Below, one piece after another: positions 35,948 to 46,719 of a DNA stretch of 64,000 bases (positions are counted from its first letter, which is position 1; the number at the start of each line of letters is the position of its first letter). Position numbers and translations under genes: made by a program. Origin of the DNA: Psammoneis japonica (lineage: Eukaryota); NCBI GenBank assembly GCA_008632985.1, contig QPGO01000054.1, positions 343,050 through 407,049 of the forward strand, given 5' to 3'. Below the pieces are notes generated by a model, which was not told the origin of the DNA, searched no databases, and saw nothing but the letters and a program-made list of their open reading frames with translations.

Positions 35948-36798
35948 GGTGTTTGTGTTCTTGAAGGAATTGAGCTTGTGTTGACCGCAAGACTGAAGAC
36001 TGATCAGCATTGAGCATTGGGATGAGGCGTTTTCCTTCTCGCTTCATTCACTTGGCGCGCCTTACAAGAACCAAACTCCTAAACGGCTTCACTATCGACA
36101 TTTGACTGTGAATATGTTATTCAGTTATTTATGTTTTATTTCTGAGCGATAGTATTTTACACGTGTATATATATCAAAGGAGAAGAAAAGGTACTGTAGA
36201 CTTAAAGGGATAAGGTTATCAAATTCCAAAATCCAAATCCGGACTCTAGGGCCCTAGAGAGGCTAGACTCTACCGGTAGCTCTCAAGCTACAGTACATAG
36301 AGAGGCCTTCTCAACTCTAGCTGGTGCAGTAGGGCTACTGTAGAGAGTCCTTCTACTCCCTTCCATTCAGAGGTTTGCCTGCGTAAATGTACAACCGTTT
36401 GATAGGCCAGGTGCAGAGTTATCCTGATTCAGGACGTTACTCTACAGTACGCAGACAATGTCAAGTTGTAGAGTGCTGATTTCTTGCACACGCACTTCTA
36501 CAATCAGCGACTACTGTAGCATAAGAGGGATGAAAACGACAATAGATTGTATGACAAAAGATTCCATTCGTTTTGAATGAAGTTGGCGTAGAGGCGAACA
36601 CACTTCATGGTCCAATTTGATAAATTCACACTGGAGAGCTAGATAATATTATTTGCTTCTTTAACGCCATAAAAAATGCAATCCAAGAACAATGCAAACA
36701 AGCAGAGCAACTTTTAGAGCATGACCCCACGTCCGTCTCGAGTACAACATAAAATGAACAAAGCGTCAGAAGAACGTAGCTAGCACACACGCGGTGCA

Positions 36799-37173
36799 CT
36801 AATTTCCGCTGGCTGCGGCAGCTGCAGCATCGGCAGCGCGCTTCTGTTGCATAGCCTGGTGTTCCGCAAAACGTAATCCGACCCTCTGCGTCATCTTTAT
36901 GAAGCGACTAGAGCAGTTTTCGACGCATGTAACTTCTGATTTGTCGAGTGTCTTTGACCGAAAGGAGGTTACGCATGGCGCAAAGCAGCGCTCAACCAAA
37001 TTGTTGTACATTCTGTGGACAAAAATAAGCCGATATTAGATGCTGCATCAGGAAGACACGAGGGGTCACACAAAGGTCGCGACTTACGTTAAACTGTCTT
37101 TCAGTTGCATTTGCTCAAGCGTCTTCATAAACTCCTGCTGCTGGTGAGGTGGTAATTGTTGAACGGCCTCCAT
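36799..37173 (-). CDS. TIM9: Mitochondrial small Tim chaperone Tim9
   Basis: QLKDSLT|MYNNLVERCFAPCV...CVENC twin CX3C and RVGLRFAE; intron 37013-37087. Confidence 0.92.
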
Positions 37174-37502
37174 GATTGAAGCAATGAGACTTGATCTATG
37201 GACTGCAGGTGAGAGGAAAAACTGGAATTAGCAGCGGAGTGACCAACGGCAGTGGTAATAACAACAAGCGACTACAAAGGACCGAGTCTGAGGTTTGAGG
37301 AGGCACCAGCCACCCGACGACGTCAAGCCAACAAGCAATTCTCCAAGCTCCAGAAGTTGCTCCAAGCAAGAGCTTTTTGTCTTCGCGTCCAGCGTCGCGC
37401 GCCGCGCGTCGCGCACGCATGCAGCTACGGCACCATGCAGCCAAATCGAACGACGGTGTCCCCGCGCCATTGCTGAATGCCGTTAGAACTCCGACAGCTG
37501 TA

Positions 37503-38695
37503 CACCCAACACCAACACCGCAGTCGTCCAACATCGCACAACACAACAGTTGTGCAGCATCGATCGTTGAAGCTCATTGAACAAGCCAGAAGATCCGCAT
37601 GCCCTGATGGTCACGAAAGAAGAAGCCACCTCAGAGGTGGCCCGCACGCCCAGTCCTCAAAAGGAATTGTCTCCAGCGAAACGCGCCAAAGTTGGTCCCA
37701 AGGTTGATGTTGCTTTTGCAGAGAGTTTGGTTCATGCCAGCACACAAAGGCAGAGTGACGAAGAAGATCCGCGGCTTGTCAGACGGGCCGCTTTGTGGAG
37801 GAGAATTCGTCGCCAATGCTGAGACAAGAGTTTCTGCACTTTGAGTTTCTGCTTTTCCAAGATGGAGTCTAGTGATTCAGGAGAAGAGGTCATTGCTTGG
37901 TGCGGTGTCACTGCAGGCCATCTTGCAGATGATGGCAACAGCACCCACGTGTGTGCAGGAGGTGTGGGCAGCCAGGGAAACCCCATTCTCTGCGAGGTCG
38001 GTGCAGCGGTGTCCAAGTCTGCGTCGACCAATTTTTTGATCTTCTCCACAAGGAAAGATGACAGGATCCGGGTGATGGAGATGCTTCTCGCTGAGAATTT
38101 GGGTCTTGGCAATGATTTTTTCACTCTTCCAAATGAAGGAGCAAGCTTTGAAAATGGGGCAATGTTGATCAGGTTCGCTGCCCAGCAACGTGGTGCCATC
38201 AGCACGGTGAGCACCCCTTGTTTGGCTCACAATGGGAAAGCTGCAACAGCTGGAGACATTGCAGTCACTGATTGAAAATCGAGATGGCACAAGTCAGCTT
38301 GCCAATGATGGAGATGGTGGGGCCATTTTCATCTGCAAAAGTGGTGATGGTTGGTGCATCCCATGTGCTGCGCAGTTGTGCAGATGGTTGCCACAAATCC
38401 TTTGGTGTGCCTTTGAAATCTATTTTCAAGGCTCACTCACTTTTGGGAGGGGCTCCTGCTGCTCCTGCCACAGAGTGTCATCAGTCAAGCCCTGCCAAGT
38501 GCAAATTCTTTGAGTCCCACAATGTCTTGCATGTTGAAGATGTTGCGTTTGAGAATGTGGGTGACTTTTCTGAATCTCACAATCTTGCACATGGTGAGGC
38601 TGTATTTGAGCAGGACAACTCGCTTGAACGGCCAATCGCGAAACTGGGATGAAGGGCCATGCCACACCTCATGCCTCACCCAGGCACCAAAAATG
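37503..38695 (+). pseudogene. Trypsin-like serine protease pseudogene inside TpA-depleted domain 3
   Basis: WCGVTAGHL (TAGH His motif) and NDGDGGAIF (GDSG-like) motifs; in-frame TGA at 37820 and frameshifts; 2 TA in 1.2 kb while many CG remain. Confidence 0.6.
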
Positions 38696-39120
38696 ACTAA
38701 ACACGCGGATGAATCGCGTGCTTCATGTTGTCTTCCATCCCGTGGACTACGCGCAGGTAAAAAAAAACAGGAAACATCTAATGTTGGTCGTATTTGATTG
38801 ATTTGATTGATCATTATTGCCGGACGTCAATGCGGAATGCGGTAGTACAGTAGTCCGCCTTCTTCCCCCATCGATTCATTTAGTGCATCGGATCTCAATA
38901 TGGATACGGTATTGTTTTATGATAAGCTGCAAGAATTGTTTCGCCTAATGTAAATCGACGTTCAGCTTGTTTTCAACAGCACAGCATCTCTATACCATGC
39001 GCCCATCTTAGCTTGTGACAGCAATCTAGGAGCCTATCTAACGTTTAATGTGCAGCATAAAGTCATTCAAGATCTTAGAGTCCCAAAAGTCGAAACAATT
39101 ATGTATTGTGCAGTTCATAT

Positions 39121-40006
39121 CTAAACCATTGCATTGTAATCAGATGCATTTACTTCAATAGATTCACCGGATTGAGGCATCTCAATAAACTCCGGAGGCT
39201 CGCCTGCAAACGACTCTGGAATGCCACCCTCCTCGACGAGTCCCATGCGCCTCGCTACTGATCCTGATAGAGAATGATCATCATCAGTGTCTCTATTCAT
39301 TGCCTGTTAGTAGCGATCAAATCAAAGAACACCGCAAAAGCGAATTGTTAGAATTCGGAATCGTTTTGCAAAAGGTTTTGAAATCAAACATTATACGTAC
39401 TCTTTTGCGCATGGCCACAGCACCGATCAAGGTGAATAGGCCTGCTATCACCGCGACATAGACCCATGGATCAAAAACTCCTGAGGACGTTGAGCCACCT
39501 CTTCCAGATGATTCTGAATCGCCACCAGAACCGCCAGAATTCGTGTCGTACCCGTTGGCGTCTCCATAACTATCCCCATAACTGTCTCCATAACTATCGC
39601 CATAGCTATCGCCGTTGTCAGAATAGCCATCTGTTGTACTGTCACTATCACATTTCCAAATCGGTGGATGTGGTCCCTTTCGTTCGCAACTACATAACCC
39701 TCCCATCCCTTTAGGCCCGGGGCAGAGACCAACTTTGTCTAGGTCGAAGATAGATTGGGTAGGTTCGATTAGAAATAATCTATTTCAAAGGAAATACAGC
39801 AACGCATTCAAAAATGAAAACTCACAAAGAAGTAAACTCCAACTCCAGCCAAAAATAAGCTGTCGGTCGTCTTGGGAGGAGACGTCCAATTCGTTCGAGC
39901 GCACAGCCAGTTCTTCGCCACTTGCCTGAGCCGAAAAGAACACAAGCACAAGAAGCAAAAGCATTTTGCCTTTAGATATCATGTTTCGTTCTTTGGAAAA
40001 CTTCAT
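39121..40006 (-). CDS. Single-pass membrane protein, SAP-like family member B, 3 exons
   Basis: Signal peptide, DDRQLIFGW (RxL), Cys/Pro exon, (GDSY)n linker, TM-AMRKR, then DHSLSGSVARRMGLV; stop at 39121. Confidence 0.7.
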
Positions 40007-40209
40007 GGTCGTGTGAAAACTAGAGTGGCGAAATGGATGTTTTCGATTTTGTGTGGAAAAGTGGAGATGACCATCACTGGATCGCCCAACGTCCCCGTGA
40101 CGGTTAAATGTCTATTTAATTTTCCGGAAAGCTGAATACATTGATGCTCAACACATCCGTTCAACGTCATATTGCATGTTCATTGCCTTATTTAGAATTT
40201 ATTGCATAA

Positions 40210-40795
40210 AGCAGTCATCTCTTCCTTCCCGCGGGAATGAATTTGAGTCGATCACGCCAACGCCGCCACACTGACTTTGCTCACTGGATTTAGAAATTCA
40301 AACAAAGAAAAACAGAATTTGCTTTCTTTGCCTGAACAAAAGAGATTTGGCTGTGGGTCTTGCTCTTCTTTTTGCATGTGCCGGGTCAACAAGAGAGCAG
40401 CTGTGCCTCTCTCCACTGGCGCAAAAGCTGGGGCGAAATTTGGCTGGGGCTCCGCCTCAAAAGAAAAAAACACAGGAGCCCAGAGCAGCGTCTCTTTGTT
40501 TGCCAAACGAAAAATGCGTCACACGCCTTTTCTGTGGGTGGCTGTCCCATCTGCCCAGGGGCTTTCTAGCTGGCCCAAAGCTCTCGACTTTTGGAGGTGT
40601 CCACGGCCACTCAAGAAATGGGAAGTCAACGCGGCGTGGCACTTCAGACTGAGCGACAGAGGGCAGGGGGGGGGAGCAGGGAACAAAGGAGAACCACCGA
40701 GCGCGCGAGGACACGAACAATTCGGCGATGGAGAAGGAAGAAAAGGAGAGGCCTTCTTTTCAAATGCTTGGCTGGAGTCGCAGTCGTGTGCGTTG
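40210..40795. other. Small TpA-depleted domain 4
   Basis: Only TTAG (40291) and CTAG (40567) remain in about 590 bp; AT-rich TA-containing flanks; CG retained; G9 run. Confidence 0.7.
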
Positions 40796-41243
40796 TAACG
40801 GACGCGATAGCGTGCATCATTTACCGTTTAAGAAATCACATGCACAAAATCCTACAAATATCCTGATACTTAATAAATGATACCCTATGGTAATAAATAA
40901 AATATAAATTTTACAATCGTGCGAAAATTTCATTCAATATTGGCAAAGAAACGATATTTCCGAATTGTCTTCCATTAAGTATCGAAAATTTGAATCGCCA
41001 TTTGTATATCATGCTTAGACACCATGAAAGAATGTTATATGTTTACAAGATTCAAAAGGCGCGAAGATTTGATTATGTGAAATAATCAACGTTCATGAAT
41101 GTTACTATAAGATGCTGCAGTGTTTCGAAAAAACTCTGGCGGGAAAAACAAGCGGTTCGCACCACTTCTTGCATGCATTGCAACACAAAGCTGAAATAAA
41201 GGCTCTTCAGAACGACACTGACACTGACAACGATAGCAATACC

Positions 41244-42156
41244 ATGACAAGAATTAGACGGACACTATTCATCTGCGCTACACTTCTTTCGGCAGCAGCA
41301 TCGGGTAGCACAGATGTGAAGGAGAGTAGCGTAAGCCAACACGAGTTAGCGACAGTCAGAGATTCACGCCTACTCGGTAAGTTCTCATTTCAAGAGTTGT
41401 GTGTAATCATTTCTGCCATGTGAAAATGAAATTGGGACGAATTTGCACCTCCCCGGACCTGGAATATGGTGAATCATAGCTAAAGTAGATGTTTGTGTGC
41501 AGTGGTTGCGGCTATCAAAGTCTCAGTTTATGATTCATGAGAAAGCTTTGCAGCCAGAAACCCTAAAGACAAAAGGAAAACTGGAAATATCGTTTACTGT
41601 TGGCACCACTCGGCTGACTATAACTTTCTCCATTTCACTCTCGCACATTTGTGTTTGAACAGGGGACGAGACACCGAAAGTTCATCATCATCATGCTGGC
41701 ACGGACGGTGGTGGTGGTGGAACAGGAGGAGGCGGCGGTGGCGGCGGCGGCGGCGGAGGAGGTGGCGGTGGTGGAGGAGGTGGAGGTGGTGGTGGAGGAG
41801 GAGGCGGTGGTGGTGGCGGTGGCGGAGGAGGCGGTGGTGGTGGCGGAGGAGGAGGTGGTGGAGGTGGCGGTGGAGGAAGTGGGGCATCGGGAGCGAGGCA
41901 CGCTCCAGCTGGGGTAGCACGCAGAAACACAATGCTTTTGGTAGGCATCGCAACAACTATTGGCTTGGTAATCGCAGGTACAGTGATGCGCAAGCGACGA
42001 GTGGTGACTGAGGCACATCCACTTCAAGGAAGCTTAGACCGCAGAATGAAATTGTTTGGAACTCTTGCAGGAAAGACAGATTCCCGTCACAACCGTCCGG
42101 CACGGCGACATGAGGATGAATATGAATCTATGGGTGATGACGGTGTCATGGCCTGA
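41244..42156 (+). CDS. Single-pass membrane protein, SAP-like family member C, with poly-Gly linker (internal exon structure uncertain)
   Basis: Signal peptide, DSRLL (RxL), HHHH, long Gly tract, TM-VMRKRR, then AHPLQGSLDRRMKLFG. Confidence 0.7.
41707..41878 (+). repeat. GGN trinucleotide tract encoding poly-glycine
   Basis: Mixed GGT/GGC/GGA codons in frame with the downstream TM exon. Confidence 0.9.
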
Positions 42157-42341
42157 ACATGACTCCATGCGTACGAAGCTACTCTGACACAGATCCACAC
42201 TCCCAACTGCGTCTTGACTCACACTCCCAACTATTTCTTGGCGCACAATGTTTTTCTCACGACGATACTATCCGCCCTTTGATATTCACCTCAAACCAAT
42301 AGAGATTATGTATAGGACTAGTTATCTTGTTGAAGGCGCTC

Positions 42342-43139
42342 CTATTTTTGCTTTGCGTTATCGAACGCAGCTTCCGCATTTTTGTGATCAATTTCGTCGT
42401 GATATGGACCGCTTTGGGAAAGCGCAACACACTTTGAAGCAGAGTTGGCCCACTGGCCAGTTACCTCGCAAGGAGCGACTGCCAGTTGAGGGTAATGCTT
42501 ATTGATTGTTTCAACCAGCGCCTTGCCCACAAATTCGTTTCCCTCACGTGAGAAATGAAGTCCGTCGAAAAAGAAAGGTCCAATATCATCCTTTTCGGAT
42601 TGCATTTCCTTCCATAAATTCAGACACGGTAATTTGTTTGCATTGGCAACTTCTTCTGCGGCGGACGAATACTTTTGAGACAGGTCCATGTTGCGTTCCA
42701 ATTCACCCGTAGCACCTTCTGCACCATAACGCTGCTTTTGATAAGCCAGTCTCTGCTCATGATGGACTGGGGGACAACCAATCACAACAATGGGGATATC
42801 ACTTCCAAACTTATTTCTGCACATGTCAACAAGTTGTTGTAGGTTCGTCTTGAAGCGATCCAACGGAACGTGATGATGCGGATTCAATTCCTCGTCAGAC
42901 GAGTCGTTGGCTCCAAAGAAAATAGTCACCAAGACCACATTGTCTTGATCTAGAATATTCTCCTGATTGACGTACCGATTATACCAGTCGGTGTTATAGC
43001 CAGACATGCCACGACAAACCACGTCGGCTCGGCGTTGATAGACATCCTGCAAATGCGCACCCCAGCCTCCCATGACTGCCGAGAGCGACAACTGAGTTAG
43101 AGAGTCACCCAATAAGAGAATCTTGGGACGATTAGGCAT
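42342..43139 (-). CDS. IAH1: Isoamyl acetate-hydrolysing esterase-like SGNH hydrolase
   Basis: LLLGDSLTQ, RRADVVCRGMSGYNT, FFGANDS, DGLHFSREGN. Confidence 0.88.
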   Translation of the reverse strand: MPNRPKILLLGDSLTQLSLSAVMGGWGAHLQDVYQRRADVVCRGMSGYNTDWYNRYVNQENILDQDNVVLVTIFFGANDSSDEELNPHHHVPLDRFKTNLQQLVDMCRNKFGSDIPIVVIGCPPVHHEQRLAYQKQRYGAEGATGELERNMDLSQKYSSAAEEVANANKLPCLNLWKEMQSEKDDIGPFFFDGLHFSREGNEFVGKALVETINKHYPQLAVAPCEVTGQWANSASKCVALSQSGPYHDEIDHKNAEAAFDNAKQK

Positions 43140-43549
43140 TTTGAATCCGGTCCTCTCAGTCCACAACAACAGATAGGAATGGAAGCACAACGTACACCAG
43201 AAAACAGGAAACAGGAAAAGGCTCTCGTCACAAAAAGTGAGGCGATCGCGACAATCGCGATATCGTCGCGCGGGGCGCGGGGCGGACAGGCGAATTTTGA
43301 TTTTCGGCTGGCTGGCTGGCGGCCAGACTACAGGGATGAAATCAAGATGATGCTGCACCGCCCGGTGCTACCGGTGCTGTATGTGATGTATGATAGAAGT
43401 ATGATAGACCTCTCTCTGCTACTCTACTAACTAGAGCTACCGTAGCTAGAACCAAGGATTTACCTGCAAGTAGAACACAGGGCCCACCGGTGGGAGTTTG
43501 CTGACATCGGTGCCCATTCACACACGTTCTCACTGGCACGATGACTTGC

Positions 43550-45069
43550 TGAAAGCTCTGTCCAGCAAGCACTTTAAAATGTCTAACTGGCAATGATTTC
43601 ATTTCAGCAAATCCAGCAGACCTTCTCTTTGGTGTCCAAAGTCTCATCTGTTGACTCGTGCGAACAGTGGAGATTGCGCACTCCCTGACACAGACACCAA
43701 AACTTGAGGCATCCAGCAGCGAAGCCACAGATGATCCCTCCGCATCCAGCATCCTCGTTCACATCCAGCGAAGCATCTCTGGAGGTGTCGCAGTCACAAA
43801 CATTGACCCGGGCACAGACCTTTTGGAAATCATGAAAGCTCATCCAGAAGCACCCGTCGTCTCTTCAGCTTCAAATTGCAACTGCTTGGCAATGCTCTTG
43901 TGCTTCTTCCACGCGCTCAAGTGATCGCTCCACTTCCCCTTCCACTCGTGGGTTCCCCAAGGGTTTCGTAACTTCATGAGCTTGCACGGTTTGGCTCCTG
44001 ATGTGGGAAGACCTGTCGCATTGCGATCAGTGACTTCTGCAGCAGATGTGACACTGCAAGCATGACCGGCAACGAGTCCATCCTTTTCGAGCATTTGCTC
44101 ACCACTCGGCCCGTCCATCTTGCGACAGTCCATTTCACCAATAGAAGCGGAAATGAGAGCCTTTTGCTTGTCACGCTTTTTAAGGAGTGTCCACAATTGG
44201 TCCTTGGAGCATTTTTCCTTGGTCGTGCCAAATCCACAAGCACGCTTGTTGCTTGGATTCTTGCCATCCTTGAGAGCCACCATGTCTTCCCAAACCCAAG
44301 CGTGACTCTTGGGGTCCAACGACATTTGAAACACGTCATCGCCTGTCATGGACAGCCAACCCCACAGGACGAAACCACCAGAAACGTCTGCACAACTGCC
44401 ACAGAACTTGGCGCAAGCCTTCTCGAGAAGGATCGCCCACACAGTTCATTCCCCCGTTGGGTTTCATGAACCAAGGCTTCTTGGAACCCTTCTTGCAGGG
44501 AATGCGGTCATTGACCGTGATGATGACCCATCGTTTGTGTTGTGGATCAAACATGCGAATCTTGTGCGTGCCACAAGGACTGCACTCCTTGGTGAGAAAC
44601 ATGTGACGAATCACATCGGGAAATTCCGAAGCACACGCAAAGGCAGCCACCAACTGGCAATCACCGACAGCACCTTGACACAAGTCACTCGGCTCAATTT
44701 TCCCCTCAAACAACTGAGGTCTCTTTCCCCTGAACGCACCCAAATCTTGTGCTCTTGCCCAATCGGTCTCCTTTTGCATTTGTGTTGCAGCAGGCTTGGA
44801 CCTGTCTTCTTTGGAATGATCTCCGAGAGCGGCTGCTCCGTGAAACTTGTTGTCTTCGCATGGATGTCCAAAGCAGCAACAGCAGACAAACCTCCACAAA
44901 CAGCCGTTTCCCACATTGAGACAGCGCTGACAGAGAACCGTGGCACAGGGAAAGCCGTGGATTCGAGTGGATTTGTAGAGAAGCCCAATGGCAGACATGA
45001 AGGGGCAGCGCACAAAAGATTCCAGAGGAACCCTGCCCTGCCACTCTCAATTTCCTTGAAGGTAGGCAT
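43550..45069 (-). pseudogene. Calpain-like (CysPc) cysteine protease pseudogene inside TpA-depleted domain 5
   Basis: DLCQGAVGDC, WAILLEKACAK, GLVAGHACSV and KLRNPWGTHEWKGKWSD motifs; frameshifts near 45010 and 44445; conserved Tyr positions read Cys or His. Confidence 0.92.
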
Positions 45070-45537
45070 GACACGTTACTCCTCATACGGTAATGCTTGC
45101 AACGAGTTGCGATTCATGCCGCGTGTGAGTTTATCTTGGTTCGTGATCTTATTTAGAAGTAGACATGACGAGATTATCGCTTGATGCGTGACGCAGAAGA
45201 TACCGTAGCGTTTTAGAGGCATCGGCCAGACGCTTTCCCGCCAAAAAGATTCGATCACGTAGAGCATGGTACATTTCCTACGGCCGATTCGCCATCAGCA
45301 GCAAAAATGCATTGCCTGTTGCGTGTTCATCACAATCACAATAAAAGTAACAGAAGAACAGTTATTGATTGCAACCGCGAGACAAAAATACGAACCAACC
45401 GCATCAAGACGCGGACCATTCGCTTGCTGGCTCTGTGACTTCACGTGCTCTGGTTGAATTGACAGCGACGATTTATCGATACCGTCTTTTTCTTGAATCT
45501 TTCAATCTTCAATACAGATACGATCTTAGTAAAACTC

Positions 45538-46632
45538 ATGGCTTCTCAGGAGGAACGGGATCGTATTCTGGCAGAGTACATGGCGAACGTTCAAAATGAT
45601 GATGACGATGATGAAGGAGAGTTTGATCCATCCGGTGTGGATGAGGACGACGAATCCGATTCTTCTTCTGTCAATCAGGTGGAGGACGATAATACCGGTG
45701 TTATGTTGACGGGGACACTGACGAAAAAGGACAATCGTCTCGTGTATTCGGGCACATGGAAAGAATCCGCAGGCACTGGAGAATACAAATTCAAGCTTAA
45801 ATCCAAACAGCAGAAACTGCCGCTTCATTGGGATGCTTCCAAGCCCACCGTGTCGGACCCGTCCGTGGAGAGCATTCCGCGCATGAGAAGCTTGACGTTT
45901 GATGGTTTCTTCTTTTCCATGGAAGGTAACAAAATGAAGGAACGCGACGTTAACGTTACCTTCACAGCTCAAGCAGAAAGCGGCTCGAACGATAAATTGA
46001 AGTCATACAAGAATGATTCACAAAACGATGATAGTTCAGACGAGAAGCCGGCATCGAAACCTACCGCTCATGAAGAAGACAGCAAAATGCCTTCCAAGCC
46101 TGCAGCTGTAGAAGAAGAGGACGGCAAGCTGCCATCCAAACCCGCAGCCGTAGAAGACGAGGATGAGAAGCTGCCCTCCAAGCCCGCCGCAGTAGAAAAC
46201 GAAGATGGAAAGCTGCCCTCCAAGCCGGCTGCAGTAGAAGACGAAGATGGAAAGCTGCCCTCTAAACCGGCTGCTGCAGTGAATGGTCCGAATACTCGCT
46301 GTAGTGTTTACGGACGGGGCGTTAACGACTATGGGAACTTTGAATTTGAGGGGACCTACGACGGAACCGGTCAACTCATGTGTCGGAAAAAGTACATTCA
46401 GTCGGTGGCTGCTGCTGCTGGAGCCGCGGCAGCTGTCTCGTCGGATGATAATGATGAAGCCGACGACGCAGTGGACTATGAAGAGTTGATTGCGTTACAC
46501 CAAGATGCAGGACTTCCTGTGGAAGAGTTGCAAAAGCGTTATCGCGAACAGCGCAACAATTCAGAGGGAAACACCTCGAGCAAGAGGCAGCGCATTCAAG
46601 AGAGCGATGAAGACGATTTCGATGGTTTCTAA
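45538..46632 (+). CDS. Acidic protein of unknown function with 14-aa tandem repeats
   Basis: Open 364-codon frame; (KLPSKPAAVEDEDG)x5; C-terminal YEELIALHQDAGLPVEELQKRY. Confidence 0.75.
   Translation: MASQEERDRILAEYMANVQNDDDDDEGEFDPSGVDEDDESDSSSVNQVEDDNTGVMLTGTLTKKDNRLVYSGTWKESAGTGEYKFKLKSKQQKLPLHWDASKPTVSDPSVESIPRMRSLTFDGFFFSMEGNKMKERDVNVTFTAQAESGSNDKLKSYKNDSQNDDSSDEKPASKPTAHEEDSKMPSKPAAVEEEDGKLPSKPAAVEDEDEKLPSKPAAVENEDGKLPSKPAAVEDEDGKLPSKPAAAVNGPNTRCSVYGRGVNDYGNFEFEGTYDGTGQLMCRKKYIQSVAAAAGAAAAVSSDDNDEADDAVDYEELIALHQDAGLPVEELQKRYREQRNNSEGNTSSKRQRIQESDEDDFDGF
46084..46280 (+). repeat. Coding 42-bp minisatellite, about 5 units
   Basis: aagctgccctccaagcc(c/g)gc(c/t)gcagtagaa(g/a)acgaagatgga units with mostly synonymous variation. 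Confidence 0.9.
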
Positions 46633-46719
46633 TGGGATGTTCGTAAGATGTCCTGAGGTATCAGTTACTTATGATATTTTGGGTACTAAGACTCTAGATG
46701 TGCTATCCCGATTATATCG

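Noticed and set aside
41618..42027. Poly-Pro, poly-Arg/Trp, poly-His and Val/Glu ORFs
   Set aside because: These are alternative frames of the GGN tract; only the Gly frame joins the TM exon.
43550..45069. Alternative genetic code or RNA editing restoring Tyr in the calpain
   Set aside because: Neighbouring genes use TAY normally, TA loss is frame-independent, and the locus has frameshifts.
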